A program made the translations under genes and the position numbers. Of a DNA stretch of 64,000 bases, positions 39,010-49,561 are shown piece by piece. This DNA comes from Nostoc sp. DedSLP01 (GTDB lineage: Bacteria > Cyanobacteriota > Cyanobacteriia > Cyanobacteriales > Nostocaceae), in the NCBI GenBank assembly GCA_034530875.2, contig JAVRCJ020000020.1:91162-155161 (forward strand). Direction: 5' to 3'. Under the pieces are notes generated by a model. That model searched no databases and was not told where the DNA came from. It was given only the letters and a program-made list of their open reading frames with translations. Numbering within the stretch: position 1 is the stretch's first letter; every line of letters starts with the position of its first letter.

Positions 39010-40033
39010 ATCAAATTCAAATGCAATAGTAATTTCAGTAATTATACCAACTTATAATAGTGAAAAAACGATTAAAGAAACAATAGAATCTGTTTTAAAG
39101 CAAACTTTTTATGACTTTGAATTAATCATTATCAATGATGGCTCGGAAGACTCAACTTTAGATGTTATTGCAGAAATTCAAGACTCACGAATAAAGGTAT
39201 TTTCTTATCCTAATGCTGGTGGAAACGTTAGCCGTAATCGAGGATTACACCATGCAGTTGGAGAATTTATTAGTTTTTTAGATGCAGACGATCTGTGGAC
39301 GCCTGATAAACTTGAGTCTCAATTAAAAGCTTTACAAGAAAACATTAACGCAAAAGTTGCTTACAGTTGGACTGATTATATTAATGAAAATAGTGAGTTT
39401 GTACTATCGGGTACTCACTTTACCGCGAATGGAGATATCTACGAACAATTATTAATAACAAATTTTTTAGAGAATGGCTCTAATCCTTTGATTTGTAGAA
39501 AATCTTTAATTACATTAGGTGGATTTGATGAATCTCTAAGTGCAGCTCAAGATTGGGATATGTGGTTGCGGTTAGCTTCTAAGTTTGATTTTGTATGCGT
39601 ACCATCTGTACAGATATTATACAGAATAAGTGCTCATTCACTTTCTTCTAATCTGCTAAGGCAAGAAAACGCCAGTTTAAAAGTACTTAAAAAAGCTTAT
39701 CAGCAAAGGTCATCAACTCTGAAATCCAGTTGGGATATTAGTCTTGCTAATTTATATAAATATTTAACATGTAAAGCTTTACAAAAACCTTTTAATAGAA
39801 AAAAAGGTTTAACTGCGGCTATATTTTTGTGGAAATATATTATACATGAGTCTTCAAAAATTCAGAGAGCTACATTTATTTTTACGCTAATATTAAAAGT
39901 TTCTTTAATTCTTTTAATGCCTATTCTACTTGAAAATATTACTAGTAAAAAACTAAAATCTTGTTCCAATATTTGGATAGTTCAAAGCTATTATCAAAAT
40001 GAAGATTGGAAAATATATAAAAAGATATTTTGA
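39002..40033 (+). CDS. GT2 family glycosyltransferase (HpsG by position)
   Basis: ISVIIPTYN, NDGSED, FLDADD, GGFDESL..QDWDMWLRL; overlaps the previous gene by 8 bp. Confidence 0.88.
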   Translation: MTKSNSNAIVISVIIPTYNSEKTIKETIESVLKQTFYDFELIIINDGSEDSTLDVIAEIQDSRIKVFSYPNAGGNVSRNRGLHHAVGEFISFLDADDLWTPDKLESQLKALQENINAKVAYSWTDYINENSEFVLSGTHFTANGDIYEQLLITNFLENGSNPLICRKSLITLGGFDESLSAAQDWDMWLRLASKFDFVCVPSVQILYRISAHSLSSNLLRQENASLKVLKKAYQQRSSTLKSSWDISLANLYKYLTCKALQKPFNRKKGLTAAIFLWKYIIHESSKIQRATFIFTLILKVSLILLMPILLENITSKKLKSCSNIWIVQSYYQNEDWKIYKKIF

Positions 40034-40080
40034 TTGATGATAGCTATGATTTCGCCATGACTGAATGACTAGAAAATAAA

Positions 40081-40647
40081 ATGGATATCCTGGTGCATCT
40101 ACAGTATCTAGTTAATCTAAAAAATCTCCGCAATAATCACTTTATTGGTGGTTTTACCTTACCAGAGATGTTAGTAGTTGTTTTATTAATTGGTATATTA
40201 GCTACATTAGCAACATCCTCTTGGCTTGCTTTTGTAGATACTCGTCGTCTCAATAGTGCTCAAAGCGAAGTTTACTATGCGATGCGCGAAGCCCAAAGCC
40301 AAGCTACAAAAGAAAAATTGATTTGGCAAGCTAGTTTTCGGGAGCAAAATGGTATTCTTCAATGGGCAGTTCATCCGGTGACGATTAATCCATCTAACGC
40401 TAACTGGAATAATTTAGATACCAATGTGCGCCTAGATGCGGAAACTACTTTACAGATTTCAAATGGGGTTAGGCAAATCCAATTTGATTACAGAGGTAAT
40501 GTTAGGCAAGTACCGTTAGGAAGAATAACGCTATCTAGCAAGAATGGTGGTAAAGCTAAACGTTGTATTATTGTTTCTACAATTTTAGGGGCAATGCGAA
40601 TCGCCAAGGAACATACTAGAACTGATGACGGCAAATATTGCTATTAA
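40081..40647 (+). CDS. Minor pilin/pseudopilin (FimT-like; HpsH by position)
   Basis: GG/FTLPEMLVVVLLIGILA class III signal; KRCIIVSTILG as in the 36153 pilin. Confidence 0.85.
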   Translation: MDILVHLQYLVNLKNLRNNHFIGGFTLPEMLVVVLLIGILATLATSSWLAFVDTRRLNSAQSEVYYAMREAQSQATKEKLIWQASFREQNGILQWAVHPVTINPSNANWNNLDTNVRLDAETTLQISNGVRQIQFDYRGNVRQVPLGRITLSSKNGGKAKRCIIVSTILGAMRIAKEHTRTDDGKYCY

Positions 40648-40679
40648 TATATTTCTTGTTGATTTAAATAAAGTATTGC

Positions 40680-41333
40680 GTGCTGAACTTTCTTGCAAGC
40701 TCAAAACAACACTTGATTATTTTCACTCGCTATCCTGAACCAGGAAAGACAAAAACCCGACTCATACCTGTTTTGGGATCTGTTGGTGCTGCTAATCTTC
40801 AACGTCAAATGACTGAATATACAATATTTGAGGTTGAACAATTGCAAAAAGTGATTGACTTATCTGTAGAAGTGCGGTTTGCAGGTGGCGAACTAGAACT
40901 GATGCAACGCTGGCTGGGTTTGGATTTAGTTTATCAATCTCAAGGTGAAGGGGATTTAGGTTTGCGGATGGCGCGATCGCTCCTCCAGGCTTTTCAATCT
41001 GGCGTACAAAAAGCAATTATCATCGGTACAGATTGTCCTGGAGTCAATGCCGAAATTTTAGCAACAGCTTTTGAGAAGTTAGATTCAGTAGACCTCGTAC
41101 TGGGGCCAGCGTTGGATGGGGGATATTACTTAATTGGTTTGCAGCAACCGACTCCAGATTTATTCGCTAACATCGAGTGGGGAAGCGATCGAGTATTCCA
41201 AAAAACTGTTGAGATTGCTGAGAAATTTAATTTATCATATCTGAACTTACCGCCTTTAGCTGACGTTGACCGACCTGAGGATTTGCCAATTTGGGAACAA
41301 GCGCTTAAAAGGCGTAATGAAGGGATAGGGTAA
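40680..41333 (+). CDS. TIGR04282/DUF2064 family nucleotidyl/glycosyltransferase-fold protein (HpsI by position)
   Basis: FTRYPEPGKTKTRL, QGEGDLGLRM, IIGTDCP, LGPALDGGYYLIG, DVDRPEDL. Confidence 0.88.
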   Translation: MLNFLASSKQHLIIFTRYPEPGKTKTRLIPVLGSVGAANLQRQMTEYTIFEVEQLQKVIDLSVEVRFAGGELELMQRWLGLDLVYQSQGEGDLGLRMARSLLQAFQSGVQKAIIIGTDCPGVNAEILATAFEKLDSVDLVLGPALDGGYYLIGLQQPTPDLFANIEWGSDRVFQKTVEIAEKFNLSYLNLPPLADVDRPEDLPIWEQALKRRNEGIG

Positions 41334-41651
41334 TTAAGTGAGTCCTAACTTGAAAGCTGAATGCTATTGAGACTTAAGCAAAAATTCCTCCCTAGATCCC
41401 TGAGTTCTGTAAAAGTCGGGGATTTAAATCTACAGACCGCATGAGGCTCGTATCTTCAAATACTAGGAATTTCCTGAAGACACTGGGCATAACAAATGTT
41501 ACTGTGGGCTAGTTGAAAACCAAGAGACACTAAGGTTTCGCCGTTATTCAATCTGCTTTGTGTTTCTATGGAACATTTACGGTCATGGACACAATATTCA
41601 AGTAACTTGAAATATGAAAATCATTCGTATTCACTGCAAGTTTGAAAAACT

Positions 41652-42491
41652 ATGGTTAACCGTTTTACTTCCGTGAGTACTGCCCTCACAGTGAAGGTAG
41701 TTGGACTAATCTGCATTTTGTCGTTTTTTATTGATTTTTTGATTCTGTTGTTACCCTTTCAACCAACCGATCGCGGATGGCAAATCAATTTGGCAACAGC
41801 GCTGGTCGATCGGGGAATTGTTCCTTTGGTAGGCTTAGGGCTTTTGTTTGCTGGGTATTGGATTGATAGCGCTGATGCAAGCGATCGCCCCCAAGGTATC
41901 GATTTGAGGTTTCCGGCTTTAATTATCTCAAGTGTTTTAGGGTTAATGTTCTTGCTGATTTTCCCTCTGCACCTGAATAACGTGAATCAAGCTAAAACTC
42001 AAACGATTAATCGCATCACCCAAGAAGCAGATCAGGCTGAAACTCAACTTAACAGTCGATTATCGCAATTGCAAGCACAACTAAATACCGAACAAGGAAA
42101 AGCTCAGCTAGAACAGCTGCGGAGTCAAACTAAAGCTCAGTTCAACGAATTACTTAAAGATGAGCAAAGATACAAGCAAGCGCTTGAAAGCTCCCAAATT
42201 CCTCCAGCGATTAAAGACTTACTAAAAAAAGCGAAAACAGATCCGCAAGCATTGGACAAAGCGATCGAACAACAAACAGATGTTCAGACTTTGAGAACTC
42301 AACAGTTAAGCCAAGTTCGCCAGCGCAGGGATGAAGCTGAAAAACAAGCTAAAGATACGGCTTGGAAGTCTGGACTGCGGATTGGTATTAGCAGTTTGCT
42401 CTTGTCTATTGGTTACATTATCATCGGCTGGACAGGCTTAAGAAATAGAGGTGCTTTACAGGGTGGTAAGCCTAAACCTACCGCACGCTAA
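41652..42491 (+). CDS. hpsJ: HpsJ family membrane protein
   Basis: Three N-terminal TM helices with WQ...LVDRGIVPLVG and FPLHLNN, long Q-rich coiled coil, C-terminal TM helix; position in the hps locus. Confidence 0.82.
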   Translation: MVNRFTSVSTALTVKVVGLICILSFFIDFLILLLPFQPTDRGWQINLATALVDRGIVPLVGLGLLFAGYWIDSADASDRPQGIDLRFPALIISSVLGLMFLLIFPLHLNNVNQAKTQTINRITQEADQAETQLNSRLSQLQAQLNTEQGKAQLEQLRSQTKAQFNELLKDEQRYKQALESSQIPPAIKDLLKKAKTDPQALDKAIEQQTDVQTLRTQQLSQVRQRRDEAEKQAKDTAWKSGLRIGISSLLLSIGYIIIGWTGLRNRGALQGGKPKPTAR

Positions 42492-42643
42492 TTCTTTTGG
42501 GAGTGGGGAGATGAAGGAGCAGGGTAAGTAAAGGAAGAATACTAACTCTTAACTCCTAACTTCTGGCTCACCACTCCCAATGCCCTATTTGCCCCATACC
42601 CTATACTCGATGACTTTTAACTTTTAACTATAAAACCTGGGGA

Positions 42644-43552
42644 ATGTTCTCAATTTACATACTGACATATAACGAAGAAATAGATATTGCTGCTTGTATC
42701 GAATCGGCGATGCTATCGGATGACATCATTGTTGTGGACTCATGCAGTAGCGATCGCACTGTGGAAATTGCCAGTCGCTATCCCATCCGCGTTGTCCAAC
42801 ATGCCTTTGAAAGCCACGGACGCCAACGCACGTGGATGTTAGAGTCTATTCCCCCCAAGTATGAATGGGTTTACATTCTGGAAGCTGACGAGCGCATGAC
42901 GCCCGAATTGTTTGCTGAATGCGAAAAGGCAAGCCAAAATCCAAACTACATTGGTTACTATGTGGCTGAACGCGTAATGTTCCTCAATCGTTGGATTCGC
43001 TACAGCACCCAATATCCCCGTTATCAAATGCGGCTATTTCGTCACGGTAAAGTTTGGTTTACTGACTACGGTCATACTGAACGAGAAGTTTGCGACGGTG
43101 CAACTAGCTTTCTAAAAGAAACATATCCCCATTACACTTGTAGCAAAGGCTTAAGCCGCTGGATTGAAAAACATAACCGTTATTCCACTGATGAAGCTAA
43201 AGAAACTTTGTATCAATTAAAGCAAGGTAACGTAAATTGGCAAGATTTATTCTTTGGGAAGTCGGAAGTCGAAAGACGCCGCGCCCTGAAAGATTTGTCT
43301 TTGCGTTTACCTGCAAGACCTTTGCTACGGTTTATATATATGTATTTTATTTTGGGTGGCTGTTTAGACGGGCATCCAGGTCTTGCTTGGTGTACATTGC
43401 AAGCATTCTACGAATACTTGATTTTGCTCAAAGTTTGGGAAATGAAGCATTTACCGCAACGTGACTTAAACCCAACAGCTACTTTGGAACAGGAAATTAC
43501 ACAACAAGTGCAGCGTACAACTTCAGAAACTACACAAGTTGATGTTGTATAA
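42644..43552 (+). CDS. GT2 family glycosyltransferase (HpsK by position)
   Basis: SIYILTYNEE, VVDSCSSDRT, LEADER, WIEKHNRYS. Confidence 0.88.
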   Translation: MFSIYILTYNEEIDIAACIESAMLSDDIIVVDSCSSDRTVEIASRYPIRVVQHAFESHGRQRTWMLESIPPKYEWVYILEADERMTPELFAECEKASQNPNYIGYYVAERVMFLNRWIRYSTQYPRYQMRLFRHGKVWFTDYGHTEREVCDGATSFLKETYPHYTCSKGLSRWIEKHNRYSTDEAKETLYQLKQGNVNWQDLFFGKSEVERRRALKDLSLRLPARPLLRFIYMYFILGGCLDGHPGLAWCTLQAFYEYLILLKVWEMKHLPQRDLNPTATLEQEITQQVQRTTSETTQVDVV

Positions 43553-43566
43553 AGTCTGAAGTTGCT

Positions 43567-43598
43567 GCGTTGGGCGAAGCTTTTGCCGTAGGCATCGA
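43567..43598. repeat. Degenerate SDR5-like insertion in a HIP1-like site
   Basis: GCG[TTGGGCGAAGCTTTTGCCGTAGGC]ATCGA; related to 58890-58917. Confidence 0.55.
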
Positions 43599-43615
43599 TC
43601 GTAATTCTTCAATAC

Positions 43616-43645
43616 TAGGGGCGCACAGTTAGCTGTGCGCCCCTA
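43616..43645. repeat. GTAG-type REP-like palindrome, copy 4
   Basis: TAGGGGCGCACAG-TTAG-CTGTGCGCCCCTA. Confidence 0.85.
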
Positions 43646-43964
43646 TTGCGTATTGGATCCAAAAGAGAAATATTATAATAAATTAATATTTTTAACGTAA
43701 CTTTTTCAGAAAAACTGCTCTTGTGAATGCGCGATTGATTCATCATATAAAATAATGCTTTAGCTTACATGGTGGTACTTTCACAACTGCAAGCAGCTCT
43801 CGAGCGAACGCGGTACATTAGTAGTAATTAAGAAACTTGTAACAATCATTTACAAGTATTCTCAAGAAAAGTAACATAGCTTGAAGACAAATAGCCGTCA
43901 TTCGGTTGATAGATAACTATGTGCACCCTTGTAGGAAAATAGTTTAAAACAGGAGAATTAGGGC

Positions 43965-44678
43965 TTGGTAATCGATCGCCTAAAACAGGACTTAAAAAAC
44001 GACCTGATTGCTGGTTTGTTGGTAGTGATACCTCTAGCAACTACCATCTGGCTAACAATTACCATTGCGAATTGGGTAATTAACTTTCTGACCCAAATTC
44101 CCAAACAACTCAATCCCTTTGATGGATTGCACCCAATACTAGTAAATATACTTAACCTAACAGTAGGGTTAGCAGTACCATTACTTAGTATTCTTGTCAT
44201 TGGCTTGATGGCTCGGAATATAGCAGGGCGGTGGTTGCTAGATTTTGGCGAGCGCTTATTACAGGCAATTCCTTTAGCTGGACAGGTATACAAAACTCTC
44301 AAACAGCTATTAGAAACAATCCTCAAAGATTCCAATGGCAAGTTTCGACGCGTAGTTTTAGTAGAGTATCCCCGCCGAGGGATTTGGGCGATCGGCTTTG
44401 TCACAGGTGCAATCAGCAGCGATATCCAAGCCAAGATGTCTCGTCCGATGCTGAGTGTTTTTATCCCTACCACCCCGAATCCTACTACTGGGTGGTATGC
44501 AGCGGTTCCTGAGGATGAAGCGATCGAACTCGGTATGTCCATTGAAGATGCTTTTAAAATAGTCGTGTCAGGTGGAATTGTCGCCCCTAATGCGCACTTG
44601 ATTTTAACCAAGCAGTCCGCATTGGAAATGAAACACGACGAAATTAAACAGCAAATTATTCGCGTAGAAGAAACTTAA
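43965..44678 (+). CDS. DUF502 family membrane protein
   Basis: AGLLVVIPLATTIW, IPLAGQVY, VLVEYPRRG, VFIPTTPNPTTGW, IVVSGG; upstream of nusB. Confidence 0.88.
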   Translation: MVIDRLKQDLKNDLIAGLLVVIPLATTIWLTITIANWVINFLTQIPKQLNPFDGLHPILVNILNLTVGLAVPLLSILVIGLMARNIAGRWLLDFGERLLQAIPLAGQVYKTLKQLLETILKDSNGKFRRVVLVEYPRRGIWAIGFVTGAISSDIQAKMSRPMLSVFIPTTPNPTTGWYAAVPEDEAIELGMSIEDAFKIVVSGGIVAPNAHLILTKQSALEMKHDEIKQQIIRVEET

Positions 44679-44800
44679 ACTCTATCTGGCAAAGCCACAA
44701 GCAAATGCGTAATTTTGTTGTTGGACTGTGCCAAAATTGATAGACTTATAAGCTTGTCCCGCCTAGTTAATCAATCAAAGCACGACCAACCCTGACTTTT

Positions 44801-45442
44801 ATGCAACCTCGTAAACCCCAACAAATTGCTCGTGAATTGGCACTTTTAAGCCTGAGCCAATTGCCAGTCAGCCCCAAAAAATTAGATAAATTGGAAGACG
44901 AGCAACTAGTATCAAAGTTGGTACTAGGAGCAGTACGCACCTTAACTTCAGAAGTGCAAGATACCCTCAATAATGCCGCAGGAGAATTGCAACGCAGTAA
45001 CGATCGCCTTTTGAGCAGCCAAACTCGCGCCTCAGACTTGAATACAGCCAGAGTCATGCTTCAAGAGGCGATCGCATCCACCCAGACAGCAATCAATCAA
45101 TTGGGTACAGCTGTCGATTTTCCAGAATTAATTCAGCTAGCTAATCAGGATAAAGGAGTCCGCAATTACGCCAAAGAACTTGTAATTACAGTCAACGAAA
45201 ATCGGCAAATTATAGACGAACTCATATCTAACGCCCTAGTAGACTGGCAAGTAACTCGCCTCGCCCAAATTGACCGCGATATCCTACAAATTGCCGTGGC
45301 AGAAATGAAATTTTTGGGAGTTCCAGACAGCATCGCCATCAACGAAGCAGTAGAGTTAGCCAAACGCTACAGTGGAGACGAAGGCCATAGGTTTATTAAC
45401 GGTGTTTTGCGCCGAGTTAGCGAACAGAAGAAAAGTGCTTAG
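44801..45442 (+). CDS. nusB: Transcription antitermination factor NusB
   Basis: [34 protein letters not shown]. Confidence 0.95.
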   Translation: MQPRKPQQIARELALLSLSQLPVSPKKLDKLEDEQLVSKLVLGAVRTLTSEVQDTLNNAAGELQRSNDRLLSSQTRASDLNTARVMLQEAIASTQTAINQLGTAVDFPELIQLANQDKGVRNYAKELVITVNENRQIIDELISNALVDWQVTRLAQIDRDILQIAVAEMKFLGVPDSIAINEAVELAKRYSGDEGHRFINGVLRRVSEQKKSA

Positions 45443-45612
45443 TTATACTTACCAAGTTAAGGAGATGAGGAATAGAGGCGCAGAGAATAGCTTCTGTACA
45501 GACAAGGGTTAACCCTTATCTCTACCTCACTCACTACTCCTCACTTCCAATGTCCAAGTTAAATTAAACTCATAACTTATAACTTATAACTTCCATAACT
45601 AATACTGCTGCA

Positions 45613-47253
45613 ATGGTTTTTAATTGGTTCCGTCGTCAATATAATGATTCCTCTGACACTCCCTCTGAGAAGAAAGAGGAAGAAACTCCTGCTGTACAAG
45701 AACCCCAACCAGAGACAGCCGAAACTTCGCCAGACACAACAGCAGACTTGTTGGCGTTTGCCAAAGCCGCTTATAAAAATATTCAACAAAAACAACAATC
45801 CGAAGCAGTAGAAACTCCGCCTGATTCAGCAGATGTCCCAGAAGCTACTCAAACGGCAACTTCTGAAATAGAAACTGTAGAAACTCAAGTAACTGAAGAT
45901 CCTACTGTTACAACTCTAGAATCGACACAGCCGGAAGTTACCCAGGTAGCTACAGAGGAATCTGCTATTACAAATGAAGAAAGTGCAGAAGATTCTTTAG
46001 TAACAGCAATTACTGACGAGCCAGATGTTACAAGCGCACAATTAACTTCCAGTGAAACTGAGACAACACCCACCGAACCAATAGCTACACCAGAGACAAC
46101 AGAACCAAAAGTACCATCCTTCTTAGAACGGGCGGCGGCAGAACGGCAAGCAAAGCTGGAACAACTCATAGCCACCGCTATCGAAGTTCCAGAACCAGAG
46201 ATAGTACAGTCGGTATCAAAAACAGAAGACCAAATCCCCGATCTGGCATTTGATGATGGGTTTGTCTGGTCGGCAGAAGTTTTAGCGGCTCAAGGTAGAC
46301 GTGCGGAAGATGTTTCCCTTGAAGAAATTACCTGGCTGAAAAAACTGCGGCAAGGGTTAGATAAAACTCGTCGTAGCATCCTTAACCAACTTAAAGCGAT
46401 CGTCGGTCAAGGGCCGCTTAACCAGGCTGCCGTAGCAGAAATTGAAGCATTGTTGTTGCAAGCTGATGTTGGTGTAGAAGCCACAGACAAGATTATTAGT
46501 GCTTTACAGCAAAAATTACTCCAAGAAGTTACTCCACCGGAAGAAGCGATCGCTTATCTCAAACAAATCCTCCGGGATATGTTAGACGCGCCAAGCAAAA
46601 CATCCCACAAATCTAGCTTTACGCCAGAAAAAGAAACCTTGAACATTTGGTTAATTACCGGGGTAAATGGTGCTGGCAAAACCACGACTATTGGCAAAAT
46701 TGCCCATCTCGGGCAAAAATCTGGTTATAAATGCTTGATTGGCGCAGCAGACACCTTCCGCGCTGCTGCTGTGGAACAAGTGAAAGTTTGGGGTAGTAGA
46801 AGCGGTGTAGAAGTCATTGCCAATCCCGGAAAGAATACAGATCCAGCAGCAGTTGTATTTGATGCGATCGCTGCCGCACAAGCCCGTAATACAGAATTAC
46901 TTTTGGTAGATACTGCTGGGCGACTGCAAAATAAGAAAAATTTAATGGACGAACTCAGTAAAATTCGGCGAATTATCGACAAAAAAGCCCCAAATGCGAA
47001 AGTAGAATCACTGTTGGTTTTAGATGCCACTTTAGGTCAAAATGGACTGCGGCAAGCTGAAGTTTTTTCCCAAGCTGCGCAACTAAGTGGCGTTGTTTTA
47101 ACTAAGCTTGATGGCACTGCCAAAGGTGGCGTTGCCCTTGCGGTTGTACAACAACTAGGTTTACCTATTCGCTTTATTGGTGCTGGCGAAGGAATAGAAG
47201 ATCTGCGCCCCTTTTCTAGTTACGAGTTTGTCGAAGCCCTCTTAAGCGGTTAG
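45613..47253 (+). CDS. ftsY: Signal recognition particle receptor FtsY
   Basis: Acidic N-terminus; GVNGAGKTTT, DTFRAAA, DTAGR, TKLDGTAKGG. Confidence 0.97.
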   Translation: MVFNWFRRQYNDSSDTPSEKKEEETPAVQEPQPETAETSPDTTADLLAFAKAAYKNIQQKQQSEAVETPPDSADVPEATQTATSEIETVETQVTEDPTVTTLESTQPEVTQVATEESAITNEESAEDSLVTAITDEPDVTSAQLTSSETETTPTEPIATPETTEPKVPSFLERAAAERQAKLEQLIATAIEVPEPEIVQSVSKTEDQIPDLAFDDGFVWSAEVLAAQGRRAEDVSLEEITWLKKLRQGLDKTRRSILNQLKAIVGQGPLNQAAVAEIEALLLQADVGVEATDKIISALQQKLLQEVTPPEEAIAYLKQILRDMLDAPSKTSHKSSFTPEKETLNIWLITGVNGAGKTTTIGKIAHLGQKSGYKCLIGAADTFRAAAVEQVKVWGSRSGVEVIANPGKNTDPAAVVFDAIAAAQARNTELLLVDTAGRLQNKKNLMDELSKIRRIIDKKAPNAKVESLLVLDATLGQNGLRQAEVFSQAAQLSGVVLTKLDGTAKGGVALAVVQQLGLPIRFIGAGEGIEDLRPFSSYEFVEALLSG

Positions 47254-48169
47254 TAGTTTGTCAGGCAAAGTTTGAAGATTTATGACAGATGCTTCAAAGC
47301 TCAGAGTTTTAAATTCTGCAAAATTGCCTTGACAGATCGCTAGTTGAAAAAGTCGGGTTAAAAATTTTCCTTGACAAATTTATACATTTAGGGGTGAATG
47401 AATCTGGTATCATCGCTGAAATTAACGACAAACAAAATACTGGAAGCAGCTTGAGTGTGAAAATCGTCAATTGGTACAAGTAAACTGCTTGAATACTGCT
47501 AGTGTCTTCTTGGCTCCTACTAACGAAAGTATTTACAAATATTTTCTGTAGGAAATCCAGAGATTCTAGGTGTTTGGTCAATTGGCTAAATAAATGACAA
47601 AGCGCAAAGTATCTAACGTTTGCATAGCATCTCGTAGAGAGCTTTTTAACTATGAGAAGCCAGTTGCTACCCTAAGGGTTATGCAAACAAAGTAGTACAA
47701 GCCCAAAGAACCTTCCAAACCAGTGGCTCAACGGCAGTTCCTTTAAGTGGCAGAACCCCACCAACGGACTGCCTCAACTTTGTGAAAGAGGAGAAATTTT
47801 TAGTCACTTTGCTACCTCCGAACAAAGGCTTACTCCTAAACCCTGAGGAATTATTCTGCGATCGAAGTATTTTTATGACTTGAGGGATATGTTTTAAGAA
47901 TTGAGTTGTGAAAAAGTAAAAAACTTAGCGAGCTATCATCCAAAACTAAGGATTTTAACGAATAGAGTTTTCATTAAAAATGTATGATTTGAAGTTACTA
48001 ATATTCAATTGCGGAGGAAATAAGCAAATACAATACTCATAAAAGTTACCTGTTACGTCTTTATACTCTTGCTAAAGTGGCAACTCTTGTCTAAATATGG
48101 TTTAGCAATCCCAAAGCCAAAAGATTTATAAATAATTTCAAACCTACCTAATAAAGCGTCATAGTACCT

Positions 48170-49561
48170 GTGCCTGTGTCTCAACTGCCCTCTCAACCCA
48201 CTGACAACAATAGTAGTGCTGCGACTGATGTCACACCAGTTGTGGCGCTGAAAGAACTGGTGGCAAGGTTGCACCGGGAACAGAATAAAATTCAAGATTT
48301 ACTTAGTTCTTTAGGATTCGCCCTCAGAAGCTTCAATAATTTGAATCAGTTTTTGGAACTGATTCCACTGATGGCAACAAGAGTAACAGATGCCGATGGT
48401 AGTGCGCTGTTTCTCTATAAACCGAATGGTCAGGTAAGGTTAGAGCAATTACATTGGCAAGATAGTCACCAGCGTAAGAATATCCGCAAAGCCTTAGAGA
48501 TAGCCAGCAGTCAAATCACACTTTTACCCAATGCTGCACCCATAGCAAATGCCACAGGGATTTTGGATGACCAAATGCATCGCTATTTGGGGCCAGATGT
48601 GCAAATTTTTGGGACAGCGATTTTGGTCAAGCATACAGAACGGGGTTGGCTGTATGTTTTGAGCCGCGATCCGGAATATAGTTGGACAGAAACTAGGCAA
48701 AAATTAGTCAGGTTAGTGGCGGATCAAACAGCAGTAGCGATCGAAAATGATGAACTAGCTGTTGAACTGAGAAAAAAAGAACGTTTAGACCAAGAACTAG
48801 AAATTGGTGCAGAAATTCAACGGCGGCTTCTGCCACGTCAATGTCCGACAATTCCTGGTGCAGTTTTGGCAGCACGCTGTAAACCTGCCAATCGAGTAGG
48901 TGGAGACTATTATGACTTTATTGCCACCAATAACAATCAAAATCAGCCAAACACTAGAAATGGTGCGGCAAATAATCGCTGGGGTTTGGTGATTGGTGAT
49001 GTTATGGGTAAAGGCGTTCCTGCTGGGCTAATTATGACTATGATGCGGGGAATGCTACGAGGAGAAGTACTACACGGTAATTCTCCAGCCAGAATTCTGC
49101 AAAACTTAAATCGAGTTATGTATGCGGATTTAGAAAATTCGCATCGCTTTGTAACGCTATTTTACTCGGAATATAATCCTCATAATCGAGTTTTGTCTTA
49201 TAGCAATGCGGCACATAATCCTCCTTTGTGGTGGCACGCAGCTACGAAAACTGTTAGCCGTTTAGATACTTTAGGGATGCTAATCGGTTTGGATGCTAAC
49301 AGTCAATATGAGGAAGCCCAGGCACAATTAGAACCTGGAGATACAGTTATTTATTATACAGATGGCTTGACGGATGCTGCTGCTGCTAGTGGCGATCGCT
49401 TTGACGAAGAAAATTTTATTTCTGACTTCAATACAGCTTGTAAATATTGCAGTAACCCACAGGAAATTGTCGATTATTTATTTGACCAAGTTCAGAAATT
49501 CATTGGTGATGATAAACAAAATACAGATGATATGACATTAGTTGTTTTGCAAATTCTTTGA
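48170..49561 (+). CDS. GAF + SpoIIE/PP2C protein phosphatase (RsbU-like)
   Basis: VGGDYYDF, IGDVMGKG, YTDGLTD and DDMT PP2C motifs; N-terminal GAF-like region; downstream of ftsY. Confidence 0.92.
   Translation: MPVSQLPSQPTDNNSSAATDVTPVVALKELVARLHREQNKIQDLLSSLGFALRSFNNLNQFLELIPLMATRVTDADGSALFLYKPNGQVRLEQLHWQDSHQRKNIRKALEIASSQITLLPNAAPIANATGILDDQMHRYLGPDVQIFGTAILVKHTERGWLYVLSRDPEYSWTETRQKLVRLVADQTAVAIENDELAVELRKKERLDQELEIGAEIQRRLLPRQCPTIPGAVLAARCKPANRVGGDYYDFIATNNNQNQPNTRNGAANNRWGLVIGDVMGKGVPAGLIMTMMRGMLRGEVLHGNSPARILQNLNRVMYADLENSHRFVTLFYSEYNPHNRVLSYSNAAHNPPLWWHAATKTVSRLDTLGMLIGLDANSQYEEAQAQLEPGDTVIYYTDGLTDAAAASGDRFDEENFISDFNTACKYCSNPQEIVDYLFDQVQKFIGDDKQNTDDMTLVVLQIL

Noticed and set aside
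43958..44611. 217-aa antisense ORF, and the many other shadow ORFs over long genes
   Set aside because: It lies opposite the well-supported DUF502 gene, a typical antisense shadow with no independent motifs.
47309..47581. 90-aa minus-strand ORF downstream of ftsY
   Set aside because: TTG start, no clear RBS and no recognisable family; not supportable as a gene from sequence alone.
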